IMG/VR virus record: IMGVR_UViG_3300020390_000002
Location: 27,336 to 91,335 of that record
Length of the DNA stretch: 64,000 nucleotides
Direction: 5' to 3' (one strand)
DNA from: a virus
Below, in pieces: positions 1 through 8,489 of the stretch. Under the pieces are notes generated by a model. It saw only the letters and a program-made list of their open reading frames with translations, did not search any database and had not been told where the DNA came from. Position 1 is the first letter of the stretch; the number at the start of each line of letters is the position of its first letter. Made by a program: the position numbers and the translations under genes.

Positions 1-90
1 GAAGTTGCCGGTCGGGTAAGGCGTCACGTTCTGTGGCCCGATCTCGCGGTAGAACTCGTCCTTGGTGACTTCGCGCCACTGATCGCTCAT
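1..90 (-). CDS. Hypothetical protein (partial, runs off window start)
   Basis: ATG at 90 overlaps the TGA of the upstream ORF (ATGA). Open frame MSDQWREVTKDEFYREIGPQNVTPYPTGNF. Confidence 0.6.
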   Translation of the reverse strand, partial: MSDQWREVTKDEFYREIGPQNVTPYPTGNF

Positions 91-512
91 GAGTTGCCTC
101 CGGAAGCGGCGATGACCTGCTCGAAGTCGTCGCGGGTGATGAGGGTGCTCGGGTCCGCCAGGTCCACCGGCTTGGAGATGAACATGCCGTTCGCCTTTGC
201 ATGCTGGGTGGTCATCGTGCCGCTGTAGAACTCGGCTATGCAGAAGCTCTCGATGCCGTCGTTCGTGCGCCAGCGCATCGGCGGCAACACATTGAGCGCG
301 TAGTCGAAGCGCTCCTCGTTACTGGCTACCGCCGGACCCAGGAAGGCGTCGCGCTCCCACTGCGTCTTGAACGCCAGATACTCGTCCCATTCCATGAGCA
401 CGGGCTCGACGTATTCGGGATTGGCGCGATACTTCACGGGGATCTGGTCGTCGAGCACGACGGTCAGGATCGAGCCGCGGAAGTTGCCCTTGTCGATTAC
501 TACCTTCTCCAT
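87..512 (-). CDS. Phage hypothetical protein
   Basis: 141 aa ORF with RBS and phage-like codon usage. Confidence 0.75.
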   Translation of the reverse strand: MEKVVIDKGNFRGSILTVVLDDQIPVKYRANPEYVEPVLMEWDEYLAFKTQWERDAFLGPAVASNEERFDYALNVLPPMRWRTNDGIESFCIAEFYSGTMTTQHAKANGMFISKPVDLADPSTLITRDDFEQVIAASGGNS

Positions 513-541
513 TGCAGTCCCTTGTTATTGCTGTAGTTTTA

Positions 542-832
542 TTATCCGCAACGCTGCGCGGGGCTGCGAGCGATGGCAGCGGGGATCGTCGGATCAGCCG
601 CGCGCGCTTGCCGCAGCAGCGCCAGCGCTTTGCGGCGGACGTATTCCGGCAGCGGGTGCTTCGCCCGGGTGGTGACCTCGCCGAGCCTGTCCACGGTGTA
701 GGTGTCCACGCGGGTGATGTCGGCGGGACCGAAGTAGCCGCAGCGCAGGAACTGGACGATCACCCGCTCGGATGTGACGGCCGATGCCTGCCAGTGGCTC
801 GCTTTGTTGGCGCCCAGGATCAGCGCGCTCAT
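542..832 (-). CDS. Hypothetical protein
   Basis: 96 aa ORF coupled to the upstream ORF by ATGA. Confidence 0.6.
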   Translation of the reverse strand: MSALILGANKASHWQASAVTSERVIVQFLRCGYFGPADITRVDTYTVDRLGEVTTRAKHPLPEYVRRKALALLRQARAADPTIPAAIARSPAQRCG

Positions 833-1218
833 CCGATCTCACCCAGCAAACTCAGCGGCATCCGCAGGCGTTTCGCATAGTTGATCCGGCCGCACAACGA
901 CTGGAACAGCAGCGACACCAGGTCTGCGTTGCCTCGCGCATGAATGTCCAGAAACCATTGGCCGCTCAATAGCCCGACCAACTCCGCCAACGTGACCAGC
1001 TGCAACCCGCCAGCGAGTTCAGCCAGCCGTTGGACGACCTGGCCCAGATGCACATCTTCGAGGTCGCATTCGAGCTTTTCTGCCCAGACCTTCATGGCGC
1101 TGGATTCACGCTCACTCGCCGCCATCGCGGTGCAGGCGAGCTGTAGCAGCCTGACATCGTGGTCGTCGAGCGTGACCGAATGCTCACACAGGTCGGTGAA
1201 GGTGCGAGTACGACTCAT
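829..1218 (-). CDS. Hypothetical protein
   Basis: Start reassigned to MSRTRTF, 2 nt after the previous stop, with GAGGCGG upstream. Confidence 0.65.
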   Translation of the reverse strand: MSRTRTFTDLCEHSVTLDDHDVRLLQLACTAMAASERESSAMKVWAEKLECDLEDVHLGQVVQRLAELAGGLQLVTLAELVGLLSGQWFLDIHARGNADLVSLLFQSLCGRINYAKRLRMPLSLLGEIG

Positions 1219-1220
1219 GG

Positions 1221-1523
1221 CTACTGCACCGCCTCGAGCGCGGCATCGAAGATGCGGTCGCTCGAGCCGTCGGGGCGGACGCCGTAATCGCTGATCGCGT
1301 CTTCGCCGTTGCCCAGGATGAAGCAGGCCCACAAATGGTCGCCAGACTTGTTGCGGAATCGGATCGTCGCCATGTCGACCGCATCCACGGCCTCCACCAT
1401 CTCGGTTCGAGTCGGCGTCCGGACAATCTCGTCGTCGCCGTAGTCTACCTCGAGAGGCGCGAAACCTTCCTTGTCGGCCTCTTCGATATAGGCATTGAGC
1501 AGCGTGCGTTCGATGAAGTTCAT
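1221..1523 (-). CDS. Acidic hypothetical protein
   Basis: Start reassigned to MNFIERT, with GAGGTG RBS. Confidence 0.7.
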   Translation of the reverse strand: MNFIERTLLNAYIEEADKEGFAPLEVDYGDDEIVRTPTRTEMVEAVDAVDMATIRFRNKSGDHLWACFILGNGEDAISDYGVRPDGSSDRIFDAALEAVQ

Positions 1524-1525
1524 GG

Positions 1526-1765
1526 CTACACCTCGATGTAGTGGATGGATTCTTCCCAGGGCGTAGCCACGTTCGGGATATAGTTCGTGCCGCCCCGGCT
1601 GTGCGGATAGACCGTGCCGTCTTCGGCAATCTCGACCAGATCCCCAGGCTCGTAGATTTCGGGCACGGTCTCCTGGTGATAGGGGCGCGGCTCGAAGCGC
1701 TCGTTGTATTGCGCTAGCGCTTCGTCGAGCCACTTGCGATAGGCGATCATGAAGGCGCGGTTCAT
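1526..1765 (-). CDS. Hypothetical protein
   Basis: 79 aa, ATGA-coupled. Confidence 0.7.
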   Translation of the reverse strand: MNRAFMIAYRKWLDEALAQYNERFEPRPYHQETVPEIYEPGDLVEIAEDGTVYPHSRGGTNYIPNVATPWEESIHYIEV

Positions 1766-2190
1766 GACTGTGCCGCCAGTTCTGGGTCACGCTCGAAGTG
1801 TTTTGCACCGTTGAACGTGCCGGGTGGGAATTGATCGCGTCTCGCCAGCAGCAGCACGGTCATCAGGGCCGCATACCAGCTCTCGTCGTGCGGCTTGTCC
1901 TGCTTGGGCAGCGCCGGATAGAAGCGATAGGGGTTGGTGTAGTCGATCATCGTGGCGATCGACGCCAGTGCGTGTTCATCCACGATCTTCGCCAGGCGCG
2001 ACACGACATACATGCGGCGCACGTCCTCGACCGGCATGCCACAGCGCTCAGCCCAGAGCTTTCTGGCATAGGGCCAGCTGTCGCCGACATCGGACTTCGC
2101 CAGCATGATCAGGCGCACGTCCCATTGGTCCAGGGGCGGCGTGAAACGAGCCGGCCCGATCGTGGATGACCAGAGTTTCATGCCGCTCAT
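1762..2190 (-). CDS. Hypothetical protein
   Basis: Start reassigned to MSGMKLW (ATGA overlap). Confidence 0.65.
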   Translation of the reverse strand: MSGMKLWSSTIGPARFTPPLDQWDVRLIMLAKSDVGDSWPYARKLWAERCGMPVEDVRRMYVVSRLAKIVDEHALASIATMIDYTNPYRFYPALPKQDKPHDESWYAALMTVLLLARRDQFPPGTFNGAKHFERDPELAAQS

Positions 2191-2501
2191 GAGTTTGACT
2201 CCCGCTGTGCCTTGACCCAATCCACGTAGCCGCGCCGCGTGTCGTTGTTCGTGACTTCGAGCTGCCAGTCCTCGACCGAGAACTCCGGGTCCTCGCCCCA
2301 GGGGTTGACCTCCGGCTCCGGCTCGATCTCGTAGGTGTCGTAGGGGTCACCCACCGCCTCGTGCGTTTCGCTCGGCGGGCAGGACTTGAGGTCGCGCAGG
2401 CGCGCCTCGAGTCCGTTGAGAATCGCTCGCGCTGAGGCGGTCTTGGGGTCCAGACTCTCGACCGAGAAGCCGATCTGATAGGCGTGGTTGTATTTCTTCA
2501 T
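2187..2501 (-). CDS. Acidic hypothetical protein (N-terminus paralogous to 4904..5086)
   Basis: 104 aa. KYNHAYQIGF...GDPYDTYE resembles RYNHAFTLAF...GAPFDTME. Confidence 0.75.
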   Translation of the reverse strand: MKKYNHAYQIGFSVESLDPKTASARAILNGLEARLRDLKSCPPSETHEAVGDPYDTYEIEPEPEVNPWGEDPEFSVEDWQLEVTNNDTRRGYVDWVKAQRESNS

Positions 2502-2503
2502 GG

Positions 2504-2791
2504 CTACTCTTCCTCCGCGGGGTCATTTGTCATATACACCGCTTCCACTTCGTCGTTGTCGCGGGCTTTTTGCGTGACCACGTAGCCCACGCAATTGACC
2601 CAGTGATAGCGGGGCACCGCATATAGGGAGCCGTCGTCCGTGCCGTCGACGACGGTCCAGACTCGGTCGATCGGGTAGGTTTCGACGAGCGCCCGATCGT
2701 TGGTGCATAGATCGCCGCCAACCTCTATCGGCTGATAGTCATCCCAGAATTCGTCTTCGGTAATAAGCGTTGGTTCGGGGAGGGTCTTCAT
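2504..2791 (-). CDS. Acidic hypothetical protein
   Basis: 95 aa ORF downstream of a palindromic operator. Confidence 0.75.
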   Translation of the reverse strand: MKTLPEPTLITEDEFWDDYQPIEVGGDLCTNDRALVETYPIDRVWTVVDGTDDGSLYAVPRYHWVNCVGYVVTQKARDNDEVEAVYMTNDPAEEE

Positions 2792-2823
2792 GTGCTGAGT
2801 CCGTTTTGTTGATCTGCTTAAAG

Positions 2824-2841
2824 CATGTCAGCGCTGACTTG
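2824..2841. promoter_or_regulatory. Palindromic operator copy
   Basis: CATGTCAGCGCTGACTTG, intergenic. Confidence 0.8.
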
Positions 2842-2864
2842 GCTTTGCGCGCGAAGGTGCGCGG

Positions 2865-3317
2865 CTAAAGTCCGATCGCCTCGAGCCTATCCGCCAGCTG
2901 GTTCATGTCGTCGCGGAAAGCGCCCGGATCATCCTTGTGAGGGGTCACTTCGACACACACCAGATTGTGCGACTTGAGCTGGTCGTAAGAATCCGAGAAT
3001 GTATCCTTGTCGGGATCAGAAAGAAGGAGGACCGTCTGGAGCACTTCGCCCCTGCGCAGTTCGTCCAGAGCTTTGAGCGCCAGGCGATCTTCGCCGAAAT
3101 CCTGCGGGACAGCATTCACGTGAAACGGCCAATTCAGCGTGCGCGCCATCACTGCCCCTGCGAAACAAACCGTGCATGTGCCCGGGAATTCCCAGTCGGT
3201 GTTCTGGTGGTAATAGTCGTCCATGCTGACGATGTAGCGATGGTCCTCCTCGACCTCACCCAGGTCAGCCAACGCCACGCGGATCAGTTCGGACGGAATG
3301 TTCGGCAGTTTTTTCAT
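2865..3317 (-). CDS. Hypothetical protein, paralog of 6408..6830
   Basis: LPNIPSELIRVALADL...CTVCFAGAVMARTL. Confidence 0.8.
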   Translation of the reverse strand: MKKLPNIPSELIRVALADLGEVEEDHRYIVSMDDYYHQNTDWEFPGTCTVCFAGAVMARTLNWPFHVNAVPQDFGEDRLALKALDELRRGEVLQTVLLLSDPDKDTFSDSYDQLKSHNLVCVEVTPHKDDPGAFRDDMNQLADRLEAIGL

Positions 3318-3351
3318 ACGCTGAGCCTCTGTTGTTGTTGTCTGCGTTGAT

Positions 3352-3369
3352 TATGTCAGCGCTGACTTA
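3352..3369. promoter_or_regulatory. Palindromic operator in a sigma70-like promoter spacer
   Basis: TATGTCAGCGCTGACTTA. Minus strand reads TTGCAG-N17-CATAAT. Confidence 0.85.
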
Positions 3370-3425
3370 TGCCTGCAATAGCTGGCGGCGGCTATTTCGT
3401 GCTCGCCGCGGCGTCTGCCTGGACG

Positions 3426-3452
3426 AAAGAAAGGGGCGCCGAAGCGCCCCTT
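3426..3452 (-). terminator. Rho-independent terminator
   Basis: AAGGGGCGC-CGAA-GCGCCCCTT hairpin with a U-rich tail on the minus strand. Confidence 0.75.
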
Positions 3453-3458
3453 GTTGGG

Positions 3459-4022
3459 TCAGGCGGCGACTGCCTCCTTGCCCTTCTCGGCGATCGAAGC
3501 CATCGCCGGATTGTCGTAGTCGAAGGTCATCGTGGTCTCGATACCCTGGCCCCGGACGCTGGAGACGCCGCCGAGTTCCATGAAGAAGGTCTTGATGTAG
3601 TTCGCCTGGGTCGCCGTCTTGTGCCCGGTGACGCGCATGATCTTGGCGTAGTCCAGCGTCGCCGGCTTCTTCGCCTCGATCAGCTCGATCACTGCGCGCA
3701 GCGGCTTGTCCGCCACCGCCTGCCGGAGACCCTTCGCGAACGCCACGATCGCCAAGCGCTTCTTGAACTCGCGCGAACCGGCTTCGACCTTCACCGGGTC
3801 GAGGTTGTTGCTCTCGCACCAGCCGATCGCATCGTCCGGCAGCTTGAACAGCACCTCCGCCATCTTCGCGTGGGTCTTGCTGGCGGATACGAGCTTCGCA
3901 TCCTCCATGTCGCCGTGCGCCTCGAAGCGCGCCTGGGCTTCCTTCGCCGTGTTCAGACGACTCTTGATGGCGTCCTTCATGACCTTGCGGAACTTGGTGG
4001 TGTATTCATTCTTCTGCGTCAT
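3459..4022 (-). CDS. Putative DNA-binding protein (C-terminal wHTH-like)
   Basis: Start at MTQKNEY with GAGG RBS. Basic protein with motif TATQANYIKTFFMELGGV. Confidence 0.75.
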   Translation of the reverse strand: MTQKNEYTTKFRKVMKDAIKSRLNTAKEAQARFEAHGDMEDAKLVSASKTHAKMAEVLFKLPDDAIGWCESNNLDPVKVEAGSREFKKRLAIVAFAKGLRQAVADKPLRAVIELIEAKKPATLDYAKIMRVTGHKTATQANYIKTFFMELGGVSSVRGQGIETTMTFDYDNPAMASIAEKGKEAVAA

Positions 4023-4338
4023 GGTGTTACCTCTCATGCTGTGTGTGAATTGACACTTTCGTGCCTGTTTTTCTATGTCGCTTATTTCCCTGCGACAACT
4101 ATAGTTTCGTGGAGGCGACGCGGCTGCGCAATAGATTTTTACGGCTAATTTCAACGCCTTGCGATTTCACCACAAGAAAGGCAAAGCGAGGCGTTGCGTC
4201 GAATCCAGCGCTCCATGCTCGGATATGTCTTATCTTTTGCCGTCGCTTAGAAGCGCTCACACGCGCTCGCCCTGCGAAGACGATACGACGCGCTCAGTGC
4301 ATCCGCGCATCGGACAGAACCGCGGCTGAAGCCGGATA

Positions 4339-4366
4339 CAAAAAACCCCGCGCGAGGCGGGGTTTG
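4339..4366 (-). terminator. Rho-independent terminator
   Basis: AAACCCCGC-GCGAG-GCGGGGTTT preceded by an A-run on the plus strand. Confidence 0.75.
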
Positions 4367-4368
4367 GT

Positions 4369-4554
4369 TCAGCGGTCGTATCGTCCGGGTCGTCCGATCA
4401 GCGGGTGACGATGCTCGCGTCTGCGGCGATCTTCGAATTTCAGGCGACGCTCGCGACAGCGGCAGTCGCGGAACTCTTCGGCAAGGAGCGCTGCGGCCAT
4501 GAAGGCGAGTATCACCACCGCGACCCAGAAGAACCAGGGTAGTAAGTCAGCCAT
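4369..4554 (-). CDS. Small membrane protein
   Basis: 61 aa, N-terminal hydrophobic helix and basic tail. Confidence 0.6.
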   Translation of the reverse strand: MADLLPWFFWVAVVILAFMAAALLAEEFRDCRCRERRLKFEDRRRREHRHPLIGRPGRYDR

Positions 4555-4557
4555 GAG

Positions 4558-4737
4558 TCAGACCTCCGCGTAATAGTTGGCCCAGTCGGCGTCGTCCGAC
4601 AGGGGTGCGCCGCTGCCGAGATCGTCGGCGTCGTCGTGCTCGGGAAAGAGCGTGTCCATATCCTCGTCCGAGAAATAGTAGCGGCCGTTGCTGCTTTCGC
4701 TCGGGCTCAGGTCAAGATCGAAGTGCTGAAGTGCCAT
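4558..4737 (-). CDS. Highly acidic 59-aa microprotein (not in ORF track)
   Basis: MALQHFDLDLSPSESSNGRYYFSDEDMDTLFPEHDDADDLGSGAPLSDDADWANYYAEV. AGAGGA RBS, operator directly upstream. Confidence 0.7.
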   Translation of the reverse strand: MALQHFDLDLSPSESSNGRYYFSDEDMDTLFPEHDDADDLGSGAPLSDDADWANYYAEV

Positions 4738-4770
4738 GTCGTCCTCTCGTTGTTTTAGCGACGATTAAAG

Positions 4771-4788
4771 TATGTCAGCGCTGACTTA
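4771..4788. promoter_or_regulatory. Palindromic operator copy
   Basis: TATGTCAGCGCTGACTTA. Confidence 0.85.
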
Positions 4789-4805
4789 CTACCTGCAACA
4801 CTTTT

Positions 4806-4907
4806 TTACGGCTTACGCGAGATCGCCAGGCGCTCCAGAAAACTGATCGCAATCCAGGCGACACCCGCGAGGCAGACGGCGAGGACGATGATGCCGATGA
4901 CGCTCAT
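4806..4907 (-). CDS. Single-TM microprotein
   Basis: MSVIGIIVLAVCLAGVAWIAISFLERLAISRKP, ATGA-coupled. Confidence 0.55.
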   Translation of the reverse strand: MSVIGIIVLAVCLAGVAWIAISFLERLAISRKP

Positions 4908-5086
4908 GTGCCCTGCTCCATCGTGTCGAAAGGCGCGCCGAGATTGGTCAGCAGTTCGGTGTCGTTGCTCTTGTCGAGCCAGTCCCGAATCGCTTGGCGC
5001 GCCTCGTCTGCGGTGATCTCGCCCTCTTTGCTGCCATTGACCAGCTCGAAGGCGAGCGTGAATGCGTGGTTGTATCGCTTGCTCAT
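4904..5086 (-). CDS. Hypothetical protein
   Basis: 60 aa, ATGA-coupled, resembles 2187..2501. Confidence 0.7.
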   Translation of the reverse strand: MSKRYNHAFTLAFELVNGSKEGEITADEARQAIRDWLDKSNDTELLTNLGAPFDTMEQGT

Positions 5087-5445
5087 GCCAGCGGCTCCCC
5101 TTTTGCGTCGCAGCCGAAGGCGCGCACCGCGATCTCCGCAGCTTCGGCGACGGCGTCCAGATCGAACTCGTCGCCATGTCGCCCTTCCGTATAGGCGCGC
5201 GCCAGTGCCCGTGCAGCTTCGAGGGCATCCGCCAGGCTCTGCAGCCCATAGGTGGCGGTGATGTTGCCGTCGATGTCGGTGTTCTCGAGAACCGTCTCGC
5301 GGATCGGGCGACGGATCATGTTGTCGAAGTCGTTGGCGATAGCCTGGGCATTGGGGTAGTCAGCGCCCTCGAACGTGACCGCTCTTGCCGTATCCAGCGC
5401 CACGATCATGGCGTCGTGCCGGCTCTTCTGATTGGTGTCGCTCAT
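5083..5445 (-). CDS. Hypothetical protein, tandem paralog of 5442..5807
   Basis: FEGADYP...IANDFDNMIRRPI...AFGCDAKGEPLA. Confidence 0.8.
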   Translation of the reverse strand: MSDTNQKSRHDAMIVALDTARAVTFEGADYPNAQAIANDFDNMIRRPIRETVLENTDIDGNITATYGLQSLADALEAARALARAYTEGRHGDEFDLDAVAEAAEIAVRAFGCDAKGEPLA

Positions 5446-5807
5446 GCCAGCGGCTCCCCTTCGGTGTTGCAGCCGAACGCTTCGCAGGCGATTTCACCCG
5501 CCCTGCACACCCAGTCGGTGTCGATGTGCTGGGTGTGGCGGGCGTCCAGATACAGCGCCAGCAGCGTTTCGCAGGCGCTGATCGCAGCCTGGAGATTGCA
5601 CAGCTTGAGGTCGTGCATGCGCTCGTCGTCCTCGTCCCGCACTTCCACGCTGGCTTTCTCGATCGGCTTGCGGATCATGCCGCGGAAGTTCTCCGCGATG
5701 ATCGGTGCGCCGGGCCAGTCGGCGCCCTCGAATGCGATTTCGCTCGCCGTGCCCAGCGCTTCGAGCATGGCTTCGCGCGAGGGGTTGTTGACTTGAATCT
5801 CGTTCAT
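5442..5807 (-). CDS. Hypothetical protein, tandem paralog of 5083..5445
   Basis: FEGADWP...IAENFRGMIRKPI...AFGCNTEGEPLA. Confidence 0.8.
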   Translation of the reverse strand: MNEIQVNNPSREAMLEALGTASEIAFEGADWPGAPIIAENFRGMIRKPIEKASVEVRDEDDERMHDLKLCNLQAAISACETLLALYLDARHTQHIDTDWVCRAGEIACEAFGCNTEGEPLA

Positions 5808-5891
5808 GGTGTTATTCCGTTGTCGTCGCGATTTGCGACAGGATCAGTACTGAGTCGGGGCGTGGCGTTGATAGCGATGGCAATCCGTCGC

Positions 5892-6341
5892 CTAGCAGTG
5901 CGCCTCGATGAAGTCCGCTATCTGGGTGAACTTCAAGCCGCTATCGTTCATCCTTGTCAGGCACGTCACGTCGTCGTCTCTGCCCAGGAAGTGGAACATC
6001 GTGATGGCCGCTCGTCTCTGATCTTCGTTGAGTGCGCCCGCAAGGTGGAAGTCCGGGTCATCTCGGAACTCCGCTATCTTCCGGTCGGCATCTTCGAGAA
6101 CCATCGTCTCGCTCGCGACCGATTCGGGCAGCAGGGTCTCGCCGTCCAGGTAATTGATGCCGTCCCAGGTATTTCCGGTTTTCTGTGCATGGAGATCGCA
6201 CAGGACACCCAGGCAGCAATAGCCCATAACCTCTGTGCGGTCGTCAGGGTCGAATCGGCGCAGCTGCCCGTCGATCTGCTCGTAGGCGCCGCTGCGGAGA
6301 GCGGCGACGAGCTCGGTTTTGTAGGGTTCGATCAACTTCAT
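5892..6341 (-). CDS. Phage hypothetical protein
   Basis: ALRSGAYEQ...YCCLGVLCD...NDSGLKFTQIADFIE, a pattern typical of phage hypotheticals. AGGAG RBS. Confidence 0.8.
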   Translation of the reverse strand: MKLIEPYKTELVAALRSGAYEQIDGQLRRFDPDDRTEVMGYCCLGVLCDLHAQKTGNTWDGINYLDGETLLPESVASETMVLEDADRKIAEFRDDPDFHLAGALNEDQRRAAITMFHFLGRDDDVTCLTRMNDSGLKFTQIADFIEAHC

Positions 6342-6407
6342 GGCGTGCTCCTTTGTTCTTGATCGGATCATTATTGGATCGGGTCCGCGGCACTTATAGC
6401 GATGGCG

Positions 6408-6830
6408 CTAGAAGCCCTTCGCCCGCAGTCTTTTCGCCAGGTCTCGCATATCTGCCTTGAATTCTTCGGGGTCTACCGCGTAAGGGGTTGGGCGGAAATC
6501 CCACTCACTGGCTAGCTCGGGCGTCCACTCCACGCCGAAATTCATCAGCCCGTCAGCGACCTCGCCGCATCGAAAGTCATCCAGCGCCCCCAGGCGCTTA
6601 GCAGTGCGGCCCGAGAAATTACCGGGATGCTTGTCGCTACCCACTGGGGACTTGAGGGTCTTGGCCATGACGGCGCCGGCGAAGCAGACCGCGCAGTGGT
6701 TTCCACTCAAGGGCTCGTGCCAGGTGCTCATGTCGATCCGATAACGAGGATCGGCCTCGACGAACTCAAGATCGGCCAGTGCGACTTCGATCACGTCAGA
6801 GGGCAGGTTGGGCAGTAAGCGCTTGGGCAT
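6408..6830 (-). CDS. Hypothetical protein, paralog of 2865..3317
   Basis: Start MPKRLL after AGGAGGA. CAVCFAGAVMAKTL. Confidence 0.8.
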   Translation of the reverse strand: MPKRLLPNLPSDVIEVALADLEFVEADPRYRIDMSTWHEPLSGNHCAVCFAGAVMAKTLKSPVGSDKHPGNFSGRTAKRLGALDDFRCGEVADGLMNFGVEWTPELASEWDFRPTPYAVDPEEFKADMRDLAKRLRAKGF

Positions 6831-6847
6831 AAATCCTCCTTGAACGG

Positions 6848-7087
6848 CTACCAGCCGTTGGTGTCTCGGCAGTGGTTGTGGCAGGGGCAGGTGTCGTCCT
6901 CGATGCGGAACTGGGCCTGCCAGAACGTGTGCTTGCCGCCGACCCAGGTGAAGGCGTCCTGCTGCTGTCCACAACGGCGGCAGTAGCGGCGATAAGGGTT
7001 GCGCTTGTCGTAGGCGAACAGCGGCTTGCGGGTGAGCCACCACAGCATCACCAGCGCGATCGCCAGCAGAACGATCAGGCGAATCAC
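6848..7087 (-). CDS. Small membrane-anchored Cys/His-rich protein
   Basis: GTG start overlapping the previous stop. TM helix followed by CRRC...CPCHNHC. Confidence 0.55.
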   Translation of the reverse strand: MIRLIVLLAIALVMLWWLTRKPLFAYDKRNPYRRYCRRCGQQQDAFTWVGGKHTFWQAQFRIEDDTCPCHNHCRDTNGW

Positions 7088-7434
7088 TTCTGATACCCGA
7101 TATGACCCGCACAGCGCATGGCGCGATGCAGCACCTGAGTCAACGAGGGATCGAGGTCCGGGCGCAGCGCCCATTGCCCGACGAGCTGGCACCCTTCGAC
7201 GAGCCAGTCTTCGATACTGCTGGCCATTTCATAGGCCATGACAAAGCGGGCGATGTCGTCGTCGGGCATGTGGTCGCTCATGTCCGTGTAATGCCAGGCG
7301 ACACATTGGGCCGCCGCGATCTTGATCAGGTGAGCGACATCGCCCGCCTTTGGCATCGCTTCGATATAGAAGCCGTAGCCCAGCGGATAGCGGCGCCCGG
7401 TGTGTTCCATGCAGTCCTTTGCGGTGATACTCAT
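7084..7434 (-). CDS. Hypothetical protein, tandem paralog of 7445..7915
   Basis: TAKDCMEHTGRRYPLGYGFYIEAMP. Confidence 0.8.
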   Translation of the reverse strand: MSITAKDCMEHTGRRYPLGYGFYIEAMPKAGDVAHLIKIAAAQCVAWHYTDMSDHMPDDDIARFVMAYEMASSIEDWLVEGCQLVGQWALRPDLDPSLTQVLHRAMRCAGHIGYQK

Positions 7435-7444
7435 GAGGTCTCCT

Positions 7445-7915
7445 TCAGGCGCTCTTGGCGAGCGGCGATTTCTTGAATCGAGGGTCGTCCGGATACATGC
7501 GCAAGCTGCTGCGCGTGCGCAGCCCGGCGAGCCCCGGCAGGCTCGGACTCGGGGTGTAGTTGCTGAGAAAATCGGGGTGCCCGCATCTGCCGAGCATCGA
7601 CTTGATCTGGTGCGCGATGTTCCAGTCAGCCTTGCCCTGCTCGATGCGGCTGTAGATCAGCTGGCAGCATTCGATCATCCACCCGTAATCGTCCTTGGCG
7701 GTCTCGGAGGCGACGACGAATCGAGCCACGTCGAGATCCCCTGGCTGAGTCATGTCGTTGAAGAACTGCTTGGCGACAACCCCGAAGGCGTCGCGCTGGA
7801 GCAGGTAGCGGTTCTCCCAGGCGCCGGGCATCTGATCGATGGCGAAGCCGTAGCCCGGCGGGTATTTCCGTCCGGTCCTGGCAATGCAATCGGCGCTGGT
7901 GACGATTTCACTCAT
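7445..7915 (-). CDS. Hypothetical protein, tandem paralog of 7084..7434
   Basis: TSADCIARTGRKYPPGYGFAIDQMP. Confidence 0.8.
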   Translation of the reverse strand: MSEIVTSADCIARTGRKYPPGYGFAIDQMPGAWENRYLLQRDAFGVVAKQFFNDMTQPGDLDVARFVVASETAKDDYGWMIECCQLIYSRIEQGKADWNIAHQIKSMLGRCGHPDFLSNYTPSPSLPGLAGLRTRSSLRMYPDDPRFKKSPLAKSA

Positions 7916-7952
7916 GTGGGTGTCCTGTTGTTTCGATAATTCATTGTCGCGC

Positions 7953-7970
7953 TAAGTCAGCGGTGACTAC
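7953..7970. promoter_or_regulatory. Palindromic operator copy
   Basis: TAAGTCAGCGGTGACTAC. Confidence 0.75.
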
Positions 7971-7986
7971 AGAATCGGCGCGCGGC

Positions 7987-8298
7987 TTATCCGTGCGCCG
8001 GGCGGATGCCGTGATCCGACAAAGCCTTTTGCGCCTCTTCGACCGACTGCATATAGCTGTCGTACTCGCCGATCTCGTCGATCGTGGCGAACGAATACCA
8101 CCAGCGGCCGTCGTCTCGACGCTGGGCATGACACAGCACGCCGTATTGATTGATCACGCCGATCTTCACGCCGACTCTGTTGTAGAGGTTGATCGAGCGC
8201 TTGAACGCCCGATAGGAGCCGACCACCTTCGGGTCGATGACATCGGCATCCTTCGGCTTGACCTGGTTGTAGAACCGCTTGCCGTTGAGTTCGATCAT
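7987..8298 (-). CDS. Hypothetical protein
   Basis: Start reassigned to MIELNGK (ATGA overlap). Confidence 0.7.
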   Translation of the reverse strand: MIELNGKRFYNQVKPKDADVIDPKVVGSYRAFKRSINLYNRVGVKIGVINQYGVLCHAQRRDDGRWWYSFATIDEIGEYDSYMQSVEEAQKALSDHGIRPAHG

Positions 8299-8489
8299 GC
8301 TCGCACCTCCACTTCGTCGATCCAGCTCAGGGGTATGCGGAAGGCGCCGGTGATGACGTGCGCCTCCGCGCCCTTGCCCTTGACGCCTTCGCTGATGTAA
8401 CCGCTGAACAGATAGCCCTGCGGGTCGCGGTAGCGGATCAGCGCGCGCGAACCCGCGACATAGGCTGCGTTGAACTTGGCCAGCGTCAT
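8295..8489 (-). CDS. Hypothetical protein
   Basis: 64 aa, ATGA-coupled at both ends. Confidence 0.65.
   Translation of the reverse strand: MTLAKFNAAYVAGSRALIRYRDPQGYLFSGYISEGVKGKGAEAHVITGAFRIPLSWIDEVEVRA

Noticed and set aside
4023-4338. Long intergenic region as an ncRNA or origin
   Set aside because: Only one imperfect hairpin (about 4152-4196), no iterons and no recognisable RNA family. Insufficient support.
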